Program-made: the position numbers and the translations under genes
Notes under the pieces: model-generated
Database searches by the model: none
Seen by the model: the letters and a program-made list of their open reading frames with translations, nothing else
Told to the model about the DNA's origin: nothing
Origin: Mytilus californianus
Lineage: Eukaryota
DNA: 64,000 nucleotides
NCBI RefSeq assembly: GCF_021869535.1
Contig: NW_026262626.1
Location: 5,518,001 to 5,582,000 of the forward strand
Reading direction: 5' to 3'
In this document: positions 39,022 through 51,629 of the stretch, one piece after another
Numbering within the stretch: position 1 is the first letter of the stretch
How the letters are laid out: the number at the start of each line of letters is the position of its first letter

Positions 39022-39620
39022 TTACCCAGTATTGTTGGCAAGAATTCCGTCCTACGCGCTATCATTGTAGTACGTATTTACCGTCAAGGTATTGAGATAT
39101 AAAAATATGTTTTCTTCTTGAATTGTCTCTTTTAATTCAGTATAAAAAATATTTATTATTTAATTAAAGTTGATATTTTTACAACTCACTGATTACAAGT
39201 GAACAGAATTTATATACGATGATCATACATTGTTACCTTGTAGCTTTACAATAAAATATAAAGGATTTCATTTACCCAGTATTGTTGGCAAGAATTCCGT
39301 CCTACGCGCTCTCATTTTAGTACGTATTTACCGTCAAGGTATTGAGATATAAAAATATTTTTTTCTTCTTGAAATTCATTTACCCAGTATTGTTGGCAAG
39401 AATTCCGTCCTATGCGCTCTCATTTTAGTACGTATTTTTCGTCAAGGTATTGAGATATAAAAATATTTTTTTCTTCTTGAAATTGTCTCCTTTAATTGAG
39501 TATAAAAAATCTTCATTGTTTAGTTAAAGTTGATATTTTTACACTTCACTGATTACAAGTGAACTGAATTTATATATGATGATCATACATTGTTACCTTG
39601 TAGCTTTACAATAAAATAAA
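39022..39620. repeat. Locally duplicated/triplicated segment
   Basis: TTACCCAGTATTGTTGGCAAGAATTCCGTCCTA block at ~39022, ~39272 and ~39380, with longer downstream homology in two copies. Confidence 0.8.
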
Positions 39621-39924
39621 AAGGATTAACATAGTTAGCACCCTTTATTTCATCGCGTTAAATATTCTTTAAGGATAAACAAATATGAGTAATTTTATAA
39701 CTAACTGAACAATAAAAGTAATAGAATATTAAACAAGTAAAATGCAACTGAAAACAAAATAAAGTTGGTTCTTCATAACAAATATAATTGCAAAACATAA
39801 AATGTTGGAATACCGCAACTCAATGTGATTTATAATGCAATAAAGTGAATACTTTCTTATCTACATTGTACACATACCTAATGAAGGAAATCTGAAGGCA
39901 TGGGTACCTATCCTTCCCAGACTC

Positions 39925-40200
39925 TGTGTGTGTGAATGAATGAACGGATGTTTGAGTGAGTGAGTGAATGAACGGATATTTGAGTGAGTAAATGTGTGGA
40001 TATTTGAGTGAGTAAATGTGTAAATGAATGAGTGAATGGGTGAATGAATGAGTGAGTAAGTGTGTAAATGAATGAATGAGTGAGTAAGTGTGTAAATGAA
40101 TGAATGAATGAGTGAGTGAGTGCATGAATGAAAGGACGTGTGACTGAGTGAGTGAGTGCACGAATGAAAGGACGTGTGACTGAGTGAGTAAGTGATGGAA
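39925..40200. repeat. (TGAA/TGAG)n microsatellite followed by a decayed GA-rich tract
   Basis: Tetranucleotide arrays seen directly; they explain the His/Ser/Leu/Thr ORFs on the minus strand. Confidence 0.9.
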
Positions 40201-40849
40201 ACGTATGAGAGAGCAAGTGTCTGTGATTGATGGTGTTTTGGTGTAAGTATGTAGATGATGCAGCGTGTGAGATGGAGACTGGGTATATGTGAAAGACTTT
40301 ATGGTGTGCGAGTGATTTTGTTACTGACTGCGAAGATGAGAAAGTGATTGCATGAGTAATGGGTGTGGATAAGAAAATGAGTGGGAAGATGGCGTGAATG
40401 GAAGAGAGAGTAATTGCGATTGAGCTAGACAGAATGTGAGAACGTAAATGAGAGAGTAAGAGATGGAGAATCAATGACCGACTATTAAAAAGTGATAGAG
40501 AGTGTGTGAGCGAAAATATAGTGAGAGAAAATGATGAGAGAGAGGTAGGTGGATAAATGAAAGAGACAGAATGAGCGTGTGGCGAGTAAGAAAATAAAGA
40601 TATTAGATTTAAACTATGAATTGAAATATTGAAACATAACTTGCCAAGCCTAAGATGTGATAGCTTGTAATACATTTTTGATCACTTCTTAGTTACTTCC
40701 AAAGCCAAACTTCAAAATGAAACATACATGCAATGTAATAATATCCGAAATGTATGCCTTGGTGGATGACCTTTATCATTGTTCCGTGTAGTTTGCCAAG
40801 CATTTTGTCGGTAAACCATCGCGTGGTTGCTATGAAATGTTTCACACAA

Positions 40850-41590
40850 CTTCCTTCTTAAGACAGAGAACACTATGGACTGAGATAGTCCTGCCTCCTC
40901 CAACCGACTTCGTAAGAGAGTGAACACTTTGAGGGGAGATATTCCTGCCTCTTCCAACCTACTTCGTGAGAGAGTTACACTATGGACTGAGATATTCATT
41001 CCTAAACCAACCACCTTTGTGAGATATTCCTGTCTCATCCAAGAAACAGTGTACATTATGGACACAGATGTTCCTGCCTCTTCCAACCCACTTCGTGAGA
41101 GAGAGTGTACACTATGGATTGAGATATTCCTGCCTCCTTCAACCTACTTCGTGAGACAGTGTACAGTATGGACTAAGATATTCCTGCCTCATCCAACCTA
41201 CTTCGTGAGAGAGTGTACATGATGGACTGAGATATTCTTGCCTCCTCCAACCTTCTTGGTGAGAGAGTGAACACTATGGACGGAGATATTCCTGCCATCT
41301 CCAACCTACTTCGTGAGAGTGTGTACACTACTGATAGAGATAGTCCTGTTTCCTCCAACCTACTTCGTGAGGCAGTGTACACTATGGGCATATATTCCTG
41401 CCTCCTCCAACCTACTTGGTGAGAGACTGTACACTATGGATTGAGATATTCCTGCCTCCTCCAACCTACTTCGTGAGACAGTGTACATTATGGACTGAGA
41501 TATTCCAGTCTCATCTAACCTCCTAAGTGAGACAGTGTACACTATGGAAAGCGATATTCCTACCTCATCCAACCTCTGTCGTGAACCAGT
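40850..41590. repeat. 54-bp minisatellite, ~13 copies
   Basis: Consensus GAGAGAGTGTACACTATGGACTGAGATATTCCTGCCTCCTCCAACCTACTTCGT. Confidence 0.9.
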
Positions 41591-43049
41591 GTAAACGGAC
41601 CCGGACCTTTTCCTGCGATATCTGAACGATAACGGTCAAGAAAAGCAATGAAATGTGCAAAATTGAAGATTTGGGTATACGTCAAGGGTAAAATTTCCCG
41701 TTATCTTCAACTCGAAAAATTTACATCAAGGACGGAAAATCTCAACACCATTTCCATTTCTAATCCCCAACCCGAAAAAATCACCCCCAGTACTCACGGT
41801 CTTGCACTTGTTTCGGTGTTAGATTCTTAATAACAAGCTTCAATAGACCGTCTCATTTGTCTTAAAGCGTCGATCTTTGTCTATTTTTAGTATGACTCTC
41901 ATTTCTATAAATTCATCCTTCCATATTATTCTGCGTTCCAGGTGGTCTGTCCATACTGGAACCAATATATAAAAGGACTTGTGCATTAGTACCAGGTTAA
42001 TTTGAAGTAATGTTTTCTGATGGTATTTCCTACCATTCTGATTACATGAATCGTAGTCTTGCCATATGCTTTGGAATAAACTTTTTAACATGGTTGTGTA
42101 CACTCATTATAACTATTTGGTCTATATATGGTACTTTCTGTTTTTCATGCAACATTTTCCTTGTTCAAAAGGAGATTGCTTTAAAGAAAAAGCAATGAGT
42201 CATATCTAAACGTATATGAGTTTTTTTTATAAATTTCTCAGATAAACAATAATGAAATAAAAACTTCTACCAGAAATAGACGTTTATCACCCCCAGTTTT
42301 TGTTGGGGTTCGAGTTGTTCAACCTTTAGTTTCTATGTTGTGTTTTGTATACTGTTGTCTATTGGTCATTTGTCTTTTTTTTTTTTGTCAAAGCGTTGTC
42401 TATTTTTCACCCACTTATAAGTTTGAATATCCCTTTGGTTTCTTCCGCCTCTCTTTGAGTATGTTTCCGTTACCGTATACTTTACAATTAATGTCCATAG
42501 TTTTCCGTTGTTAAAAGAAGTACAGACCTCATATACCAAAATATAGTGACTAGCAATTTTTTTTATATTATGATTTCAAAATACTTTTAAAAATCGTATC
42601 ATTTTAACAGTTGATATCTTGTTCTGTTACTATTTTATACATGGACATGTTTCTGAACTTTTTAAATATGGAAATTAACAATGTATACACTTCCGTTGTT
42701 AATAGTCATGTCTTAACATTCACCAGGGGCGTTGGAACCGGGAGTGGGTGTGGGCACGGGGTCCCGACTTCTTGGCAAAAATATATTTAAAAAAAAAGAA
42801 AATGATAGATGAAACTGACTAACTACTAGACTAATAGGCTATAGATGGTTTTGTTTACTTGTCACTTTCAGAAGTTTGCCCCCTCAACTTTTCAATCCAC
42901 TCTTACGCCATTATTTGTGATACTTAGCTCATATCTGTTAAATATTACGTTAATTATCAATAAGTATATAAATAATCTAAAGTCAATGAACATCACAAAG
43001 TCCAGTATTGTAATTTTGAAATGTAGATAAAATATATCTACACGCAGCA

Positions 43050-46000
43050 ATGAAGATGAATATTTTAAAAGTCATCTTGTCGATCTATTTTTCAGGTAAG
43101 TCATTTAAAATGTAATTCAGTTTGGGTTGTGAGGACTTCATTCATTGTTTATTGATTGTCATTTTTCTTTTTCCAAAAACCAGTTTTGTACATATTCTTT
43201 AAAAGGTTCCTCGGACATTTAAAACATAAAATATATTCAAATTTGCCTGCCGTATAGAATTAGAAGACTGGAATAATTGCCAATGAGACAACTTTCTACC
43301 AGTGACCAAATGACGTTGAAGTTAGCAATTATAGGTCACTCTACGGCCTTCGACAATGAACAAACCCCATACTACATAGCAATCTATAAAAGGCTCCGAA
43401 ATGATGAATGTAAAACAATTAAAACGAGAAAACTATCAGCCCGATCAATTTACAAAACAATAAACGAAAAGCAAATATGATATACAGAAACAAACTACAA
43501 CCATTGAATTACAGGCTCTCGACTTGGGATAGGCACATACAGAATGTGGTTAAACATGTTTGCGGGAGTCCATCCCCCTAACCTGGCACAGTGGTTTAAC
43601 AGCACACCATAAGAACAAACAAAAACAAAATTAGTTTAAAAAGGCTTGAATCATCATAACTGGTTTTTTTTTTATCTAACAGTCTAACTGATTTTACACA
43701 TCTGACAAACAGATTTTTACTAATAGATATTAGCACGCTACAAAGACAATGCATGCAATGTTGTATGGTATTGACAAGGGGAAAAAGAGTTGCATTTGTT
43801 AAAACCTCATTAAAAGTGCCATTATAAAAAGTCCTAATGATGTCATGATTTAGGTGCAGTTTCAAATATTTTATTGATAAATCAAATTGGTGGAAAACAG
43901 GCATAGTTTTTTTTATATAGATTAGACCGATGGTTTTCCTGTTTGAATGGTTTTACACTAGTCATTTTTCGGTCCCTTTTATAGCTTGCTGTTCGGTGTG
44001 AGCCAAGGCTCCGTGTTGAAGGCCGTACTTTGACCTATAATGTTTTACTTTTACAAATTGTGACTTGGATGGAGAGTTGTCTCATTGGCACTCATACCAC
44101 ATCTTCTATCTATGAAGTACCTATATGTACCCCCTCCAATAAAAAGATGAACGAGACACAGATAAAAATTAAAGAACATGTATCAACTCATATGTTTGTA
44201 GTACGTGTCATAGATAATGATTGTCTATATGATCCAGTCTACCTAAAATGAATCCAGGAACTTTATATATACTAGATATTTATACTATCTATATAAATAC
44301 TAAATAAATTCAACTGAACCGGATACATTGTAGGCGGGGTGTAACCATTACATTTAAGCACATGGTCAGCAACAAATATCACACATTATACCATTTGACA
44401 GTCTGTCTTATTAGATATACAATTCAAAGATTCTAGATGCCTATGTTTCTTTCATTAATAACAATAGTATTCATTCAGGTAAAGGCAATATATACAAATA
44501 CATAATAAGTTTTAGAAACTTAGCTAAATACAACCTTAAAATATAGCAACGGTTGTGACTTTAAACAACTTAGATTTTTTTTCATATGGGGTCCTTATAG
44601 TCTTGATAATGAAATAATTTATAATTCAATTTTACAGCAATATATAGTATCTAGGAACCACAGCTTAAAAACATTCGTATAAAAAGCAATCTAATAAAAT
44701 ATGAAATCTGCATCTGACATTGATCTGAGTTTACTCATTAGGTGTTTTGTTTACTTCAAACTTAAATTTAATTTTTGAATTCACATGAATACCTTTTACA
44801 TGATCTGGCAAAGCATTCCAGTTCTTACTGCGACTTAAAAATAAAGAAGAAGATTCTACACATTTGACATTTGGAACATAAAAACTGTAAGCAGTGTTCT
44901 AGTATTCCTATTCGAGGAAGTTCTTGAAAAACCATTTTTTAAATATTCTGGACATTTGTCGTGAAAAACATTGAAAACATGATTCAGACGAAGTTGTTTC
45001 ACTCTGTTACAAACATTCGATAATCCCAATTTTTCAAATTCATTTACATTTATTCGTTTTCTCTGAGGAAGATGTAGTATAAGCCTTATAACTTTATTTT
45101 TTATTAACCTGAAGCTTGTTTGTAAGTTTCTTGGATAAACCTTCATACCAACAAGCACATGCGTAATCAAGATGGCATTGTATTAATGTAGTACACAATT
45201 TTTTTTTTCTAGATTGTTGATACAAACATTCTTTAATATATCTATATGAAATTTAAGCCGCTGATTGGCCTTCTTTATTATATTATCAACAACCTGTTCA
45301 CCAGATTAAAATTTGTCCAACATGATACCTAAATATTTCACGTTTGATTTACTCTCAATTTCAATAGTATATCATTCAACAGAAAAATCACTTTCATTAA
45401 CATTTTGAAGTTTTCTTTTTGGTCCTAATAAAATACTCCCAGTCTTTCATAAATGTAGAACCAATTTATTATCAACAAGCCAATCTTTAAATGATTTTAA
45501 CGTAAGTGATAGCTTTCTAGAAATGATTTTTGGATCTGAATGTGAAAAAATTTCATACAATGATTACAATAATTTTTTTATGACAATAAAATAATACAAT
45601 ACAACATTATAGAGCAACGAATAGTCAGTGCATGTACATTAGAGAGAAAACTTAATAGGGGAGACAATCAAGTAATATGTAAGGATTATTTCCCTTTGAA
45701 CAATATCTAATATACTTTCAAAATAATAAAGTTAAGCATTATAATGTGATAAAATATTTGCTTTTTATGTTTGGGCTTTATATCTCTTCTACGTTTTTTT
45801 TAGGGATTATTACAGTTACTGATTCTTCATCATATGGTCCAACTATAGCTGACGTTGATATATCAAATGACACTTCCACTCAGTCAACCCAAGTTGCAAC
45901 ACATGGAATAACAGTGTCATCTTATGGCGCATCTTCCGATTCATCCGAAGGTACCACACAAGGAAACTCAACCAATATACCTTACATAACTGATACGACA

Positions 46001-46342
46001 GAAAATCCGAACCACTCGTCTATTACAACAGCCGTTAGGACGTCAGGTGCTCCCAAAACATCAAATCCGTCGGCTGTTCCAGAAACGTCGAATCCGTCAA
46101 CTGTTCCAGATAAAACAACAATTACTGTACCATCTACATCGAGTAATCCAACAACGACACATGGTCATTCGTCGGGCGATGGTTCTGGATTTAATGGGTT
46201 ATCCTTTGGAATCGGTATTCTGGCTGGTGTTATAGCAACATTTTTGTCGATACTTCTTGTTTTTCTTTATCGTCGTCGGCATCCATATGAAACTTTATCA
46301 AATTTAGACTCAACAGCTTCAATAAACTTTCTGAAAGATTGA
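43050..46342 (+). CDS. Mucin-like type I membrane glycoprotein C (CD164/porimin-like); 2 exons, 194 aa
   Basis: Exon 1 43050-43095 (MKMNILKVILSIYFS, donor G|GTAAGT); exon 2 45804-46342 (acceptor CTTCTACGTTTTTTTTAG|); phase 1, 585 nt. Ser/Thr stalk, FNGLSFGIGILAGV TM segment, tail YRRRHPYETLSNLDSTASINFLKD*. Confidence 0.8.
44740..45545 (-). mobile_element. Decayed CR1/L2-type LINE ORF2 3' fragment in the intron of mucin C
   Basis: Remnants DWLVDNKL, VKYLGIMLD, IKKANQRLKF, NKVIRLILHLP, RVKQLRLNHVF, CPEYL and WNALP, with stops and frameshifts. Confidence 0.75.
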
Positions 46343-48479
46343 AATTGTAAAATAGATCTGGGATGTATTATTAGATTTTTTATTTCGATACAAAATTCAA
46401 TATAAAAACGGACTGTCTTCTCTTTTTTTCTAATTGCTAGCTTGTACCTTTTATATCATACTTTACCTTAAGTTTTTTCTCATTGTTGAAGGCTGTATGG
46501 TTTCCTATAACTTCTGACATCAACTTCGTTTGAACTTTGGTGCATAGTTGTTTTATTGGCAATCATACCACATCTCCTTATTTTTATTCATAATTATTAT
46601 ATTAACAACATACAAAGGTTCTTTAAAACATTAAAAAATACATATAAGAACAGATGAATGAAGTGAATACTAATTAATAGACATAGGTTGATAGTCGAAA
46701 TTTAAATTCGTTTATGTAAAGCATGAATGCATGTACAAAATGAAAGTGATTAATGAGGGTCTGGTGTGTGTCTTTTACAGAATAGAGGATAAACGGAACG
46801 AAATAGAAAATAATGGGCATGTTTAACCCCGCCACATTCTTTATGTGCCTGTCCCAAGTCAGGAGCCTGTAGTTCAGTGTGGTTGTCGTTGGTTCATGTC
46901 TGTCATATTTGTTTTTCGTAAACTGTTTTGTTATAAATTAGGCCGTTTGTTTTCTCAATTGAATTGTTTCATATTTTTCATGTCGAGGCCTTTTATAGCC
47001 GACCATACGGTATAGGTTCTTCTCATTGTTGAAGGTCGTACTGTTGCCTATAATTGCTTACATCCACTTCATTTGATCTTTGGTGTATAGTTGTCTCATC
47101 GGCAATCATACCACATCTCCTTATTTTTATATAAAAAAACAAGATATGAGAAAAACGGGGTGCTATGATATAAAGAATGGTGGATAATGGACCAAAACAA
47201 TAACGAATAGAGAAAAATTGCCTAAAATTAAAGAAAAGAAGACCTCCCCTCCCCCCACCCCCATTCAGACCCTCGGTTATCAGGTTTACAATCATAATAA
47301 GACATAAAACACAATGCATGGTTGAAAGACAAAAATTTAAAAAGTCAACAAAACGCTATACAGACAACTTAATATTTAGCAATAAACACAGCTTTAATAA
47401 GCATTTTTATTTTGTAGGATTTTAATTAAAAGGTGGATGTTTGGTTGAGAGGGCGTGTTATATGTTTTAAGTGATACCTTAGTTTTAGATATAAAAAAAA
47501 AACAAAACAAAGAACAAAAATAAAAAACGATGTTTAGACGGATTTTTTTGAAAACTTGTTTATTAATGTTACAAAAGATTAAATATTTGAAGCCCATTTA
47601 AAATGGAAACTATTTTTTTTTCTGAAACAAAACGAATAAGTTAAAGAATACTTTTTACATAACTTAACCTGTATTTCTTGTCTCGGCTTGACGGAGTCAA
47701 AAAGCGAGATATATGTATGCTGTTTTCGGCGTCGTCGTTGTCAACAATGTATCAGTTTGTTTTTAGGTCAGTTTAAGAGGAACCGTTTGTGGTAGGACAA
47801 TACTAATTGTATTGCAGTTGTATAAGCATCAGCACATTTCATTTCAATGGAGAATATTTGGTCCTTACCCTCAGTCATGGTCTATTGTCTTATAGGGAGA
47901 GACATATCTCTGTGTTTACAGTTTATTTCTAATTATTAACTCTTATTGTTCTATAGATCCTGCCAATACATTTATTTTGGCATTGTGCATGGACATCCTT
48001 TTTTCAGACTGCTTATGACTCTTTACCATTATTCCGTTGGAGGTATGCTTATTCATGGGAAGCCTGGTCTGTTTGATAGTTGATATTGTGATTTGAACTA
48101 GCTTTTAGTAAATGATAGTGCTCTTAGATAAGTACTTTGTGTCTTTTGGCTTTTTGTTATTTATTTTTTCTTCTGGTGAGTGAAGCATTTTACAGTTTGT
48201 TCTAATGTTGTACTATCACACCACTTAAAAATACGCACAAAAATGTTTAACCCTACCATATTCTTTATGTGTCTGTCCCAATAACCAGCTAAGTGCTGTC
48301 GTTGGTTACCAATTGTCATAATTGTTTTTCTATCAAGACATGCAAAAGAGAGATAGAAAGTAAGTTAGACTCATCAGATCACTACTTAGCATGCAACAAC
48401 AACAACAAACAAACCAAAACAATGGTGTATCGTTGTCACATTGGCAATATTAATCATATCGCATCTTTTTGTTTCTATA

Positions 48480-48800
48480 TCGTATCAAAGTCAGAAATCA
48501 TGAAAAGGTAATAAGCACCTAATCTATCAATTAAATCATTTGTTGGTTCCCATTCTAAATGCAAGAAAAGAGTCGATTTAAGGATACTCATTTTAGTATC
48601 AAAAATCAGTTTTGCAGTTAATGATTGCCATGTTTCAAGAGGTATGTGTTGGCTTGTTAATCTGACGGCAGCCAAATGGAACATCCATATGCAATAGGTG
48701 GTTGGATTATCAAATTCCACGCAGATAGCATCCGTAAAGGATGTAGTATGATTAAAAGATTCATGTCGCATTATTCTTCAATTAGGCTTGCGCTCGAAGT
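48480..48800 (-). mobile_element. Highly decayed LINE ORF2 C-terminal fragment
   Basis: PPIAYGCSIW followed (frameshifted) by AKLIFD...LF..LEWEP, resembling the YxCSxW...ARLI...LF..L.W region. Confidence 0.4.
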
Positions 48801-49899
48801 AATATTTTAATTAAATGGTAAGGTAAATAGTCCACTGAAATTATCAATAGCTCTTTTGTGTCGTCTCCTGTCTGAGATGGAGGTATCCAAAACTTAAACA
48901 GTTGATTATAACGATATCAGAGGTCTATATCTTAATTAGATTGAACTTTGTTATTTGCATAGTTACTATGTTGAGAACGATCTAGTCCAAGATTCAACTT
49001 TCCGCAGTACTTTGTGTTTTTTAATAACTGCGTGGAAGGCATACGTCATGCCAAAGTTGAGGTCCGACAGGACTATTCCTTCCAAACCTTCGAATTCCCT
49101 ACGGCAGGCAATACGTTTGTCCAGCCCCTTTTACTTGCAGCAGCTAACTTCTTATGAATCAAAGTTTGGATGGGGTAGTCATGCCAGATGTTAAAAGTTT
49201 ACATTGGCCTAAATAAATAACAACCGAACAACAGATAAAAATATAGGAGGTATTGTTAATAGCAGGTCAAATATAAATTAAAGTACTGAAGTACTGAACA
49301 TCGGATGACCGCAAGTTCTTGTGGATTGTCAAAAGCACTTGTCACAGAAAAAAATCACAACTCTATACCTGAAACTGAGGTAAATGTACAGAGATATTTT
49401 TTTTCTGAGACAAGTTCGTGCGTGGATGATGAATAAATGACAGGAAATTCAACCTCACCGTAATAACTATTATATTGTAGTTGTTATATATTATATCAGT
49501 ATAACAGTTACATATATATATAATTTTCATCCATTTGTATATCATTCTATTCTACTATTCTAATAATAGTGCAGTGCAAGTGCATGGTAGACACTCTTCT
49601 GTAAAAATTCGATTTTTTTAAAAGATTGGATATGACTAGGCATTCATATTTTCCCGCAAAAACAATCTTCCATGCAGGGTTACCGATCCTTGCCGGGATT
49701 GTCGCAAAATGTTCTTGAGATATTCTTCCGCATGCTTTACCATATCAACGATTTTTTACTTATATATATATATCTAACGACAAAACATTTTCATATTATT
49801 AATTTATGTTCTGAACAAAAATATTGTTATCAGTATTCATTGAAGAGATGTATTAATAACAAACGACAAGGAATGTTATTTTGCACTGGTTAATATCCG

Positions 49900-50760
49900 C
49901 GTATTTATCATGTTTATAGATCGGTTACAAACCCAAAACGAAAGTTACGTAATGGAAATCTAGGCGATAGCAATACATCGGAATGCCCTCACGGTCATCG
50001 CGATGTAAAAAGGTGTGCACCGAGGATTAATATTGGGCCCGTTACTTTTTAATCTTCTACTTTATTAAAAAGGGTAACTTATACAACTATGCTGACGACA
50101 ACACTTTGTCTTTCAATTCTCCAAAATATGAGGAACTTGCTACAGTTATAAAATCTGAGAGCAATATTTTGATTGACTGGTTTCAATTGAATGTATGCAA
50201 GTAAATCCTGACTAATCCAAGGCTATTGCAGTTGATAAAAACTCAGCGGAAAAAATGTATTTCTTTTAAAATTGGAAATAATTATATGTCTTGTGGAGAA
50301 ACAGTCAAGCTTTAAGTGTAGATATAGATTTGATGGTAAATTTTAATAACCATATTAAAACCATATGTGAAAAAAAGCAGTTCAGCAACTTAATATCTTG
50401 AAGAGAATTGGTAGAAATCTATGTAAACTAAGCAAACTTACTATTTTATACATTTATATTGTTAAACTTTAACTTTTGTCCCTTGTCTTGGCACTTTTGT
50501 GCTGTTGTCGACACAAAGAAAATAGAAAAAAAAATCAAGAAAGGGCATTACGATTTGTATATTGTGATTATGTCTCTACATATTACGAAGAGCTTTCAGT
50601 CAAGGCAAAAATACCTAGCCTACATCCAAGGAGGAAAAAACAATGGCACTGGCACCTTACAAAATTTCACATGATTTTATCAGACTTAATTAATACACAA
50701 AGGTCATTATAAGTAATTTCAGATACTCTAATCTCTTATAGAATAGTAAAGCATGTTCCT
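49900..50760 (+). mobile_element. Decayed CR1-like LINE reverse transcriptase fragment
   Basis: GV..GLILGPLLFN, YNYADDNTL, LIDWF, QQLNILKRIG, NFNFCPLSWHFC and QERALRFVY remnants, with frameshifts. Confidence 0.85.
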
Positions 50761-51246
50761 GTGTTGCATGAAGATATTGACCACACCGTGTTTGTTATTT
50801 TTTTTTTAGTTTATTCAGCTTCTTGAGTTTAACTTATTTTAAGTGCTAATAGTTTTATAGTTGCTAAACTATATACTTTTATGTTTGACTACTCCTTTTA
50901 ATGTGACAAATGTGTATGTATAAACTATTGTATGTCTTGTGTTGTCCTATTGTGCCTGTACTCACTGTAATATAATAGGCATGTCTATAATATATTATGT
51001 TTGTCGTTTCAAAAGCTTTATGAGTAATTAATATCTATATTGTTATTGTGAAAATTTATTGCATTTAGTCTTTAATTCTTTGCTGAGAAGGAGTGTTATC
51101 AGACTCCAAATGACGTTCTATGTCGTTGCAAGTCTTCTGTTTTATGCATGATTAGTTTGGCGCGGTTCATCTTACTGTTTGCTAACTTGAGTATGGGCAA
51201 ACGCTTGGTGTTTTAAATGTTGGCGTTCTTACGTTAATATTGTATC

Positions 51247-51395
51247 CAGGGGCGCATCCAGCCATTTTTAAAAGGAGGGGGTCCAACCAATGATAAAGGG
51301 TGTTCCAACCATATGTCTCCATTCAAAAACATTGATCGTAAAAAAAAGGGGGGGAGTTCCAACACCCGGAACCCCTCCCCCTGGATCCGCCACTG
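51247..51395. mobile_element. MITE with CAG(G/T)GGCG termini and imperfect 5-bp TSD
   Basis: GTATC|CAGGGGCGCATCCAG ... CTGGATCCGCCACTG|GTACC. Confidence 0.6.
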
Positions 51396-51629
51396 GTACC
51401 ACGGAAAATTTAGTAACGCATCGGTCTATAGTTTATTAATCAAATAGTTTGATTATCGTTAAATTGTTATCTTTTAATAAATTGACAAGATTAAAATGCA
51501 TAATCTTCTACGTAACAAATTATCTATCAGTAAAGTGAAAAATGAATGATTACGTAAATTTCGTTATCATCTTATATGACACATGACCGTGAGGACAGTA
51601 ACAAAGTACAACACTTTTCACCATCCACC

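Noticed and set aside
39820-40675. 255-aa and 113-aa minus-strand ORFs rich in His/Ser/Leu/Thr
   Set aside because: They are translations of the (TGAA/TGAG)n microsatellite and GA-rich tract; no domain or splice context.
45746-45803. Single-exon model for mucin C with an apparent signal peptide (MIKYLLFMFGLY...)
   Set aside because: Starts at GTG; the hydrophobic stretch is the polypyrimidine tract and TAG acceptor. A proper ATG exon with a matching phase-1 donor exists at 43050-43095. The in-frame ATG at 45767 cannot be fully excluded.
48365-48385. Reverse-strand CTGATGAGTC as a hammerhead core
   Set aside because: No GAC-GAAA or stem III follows.
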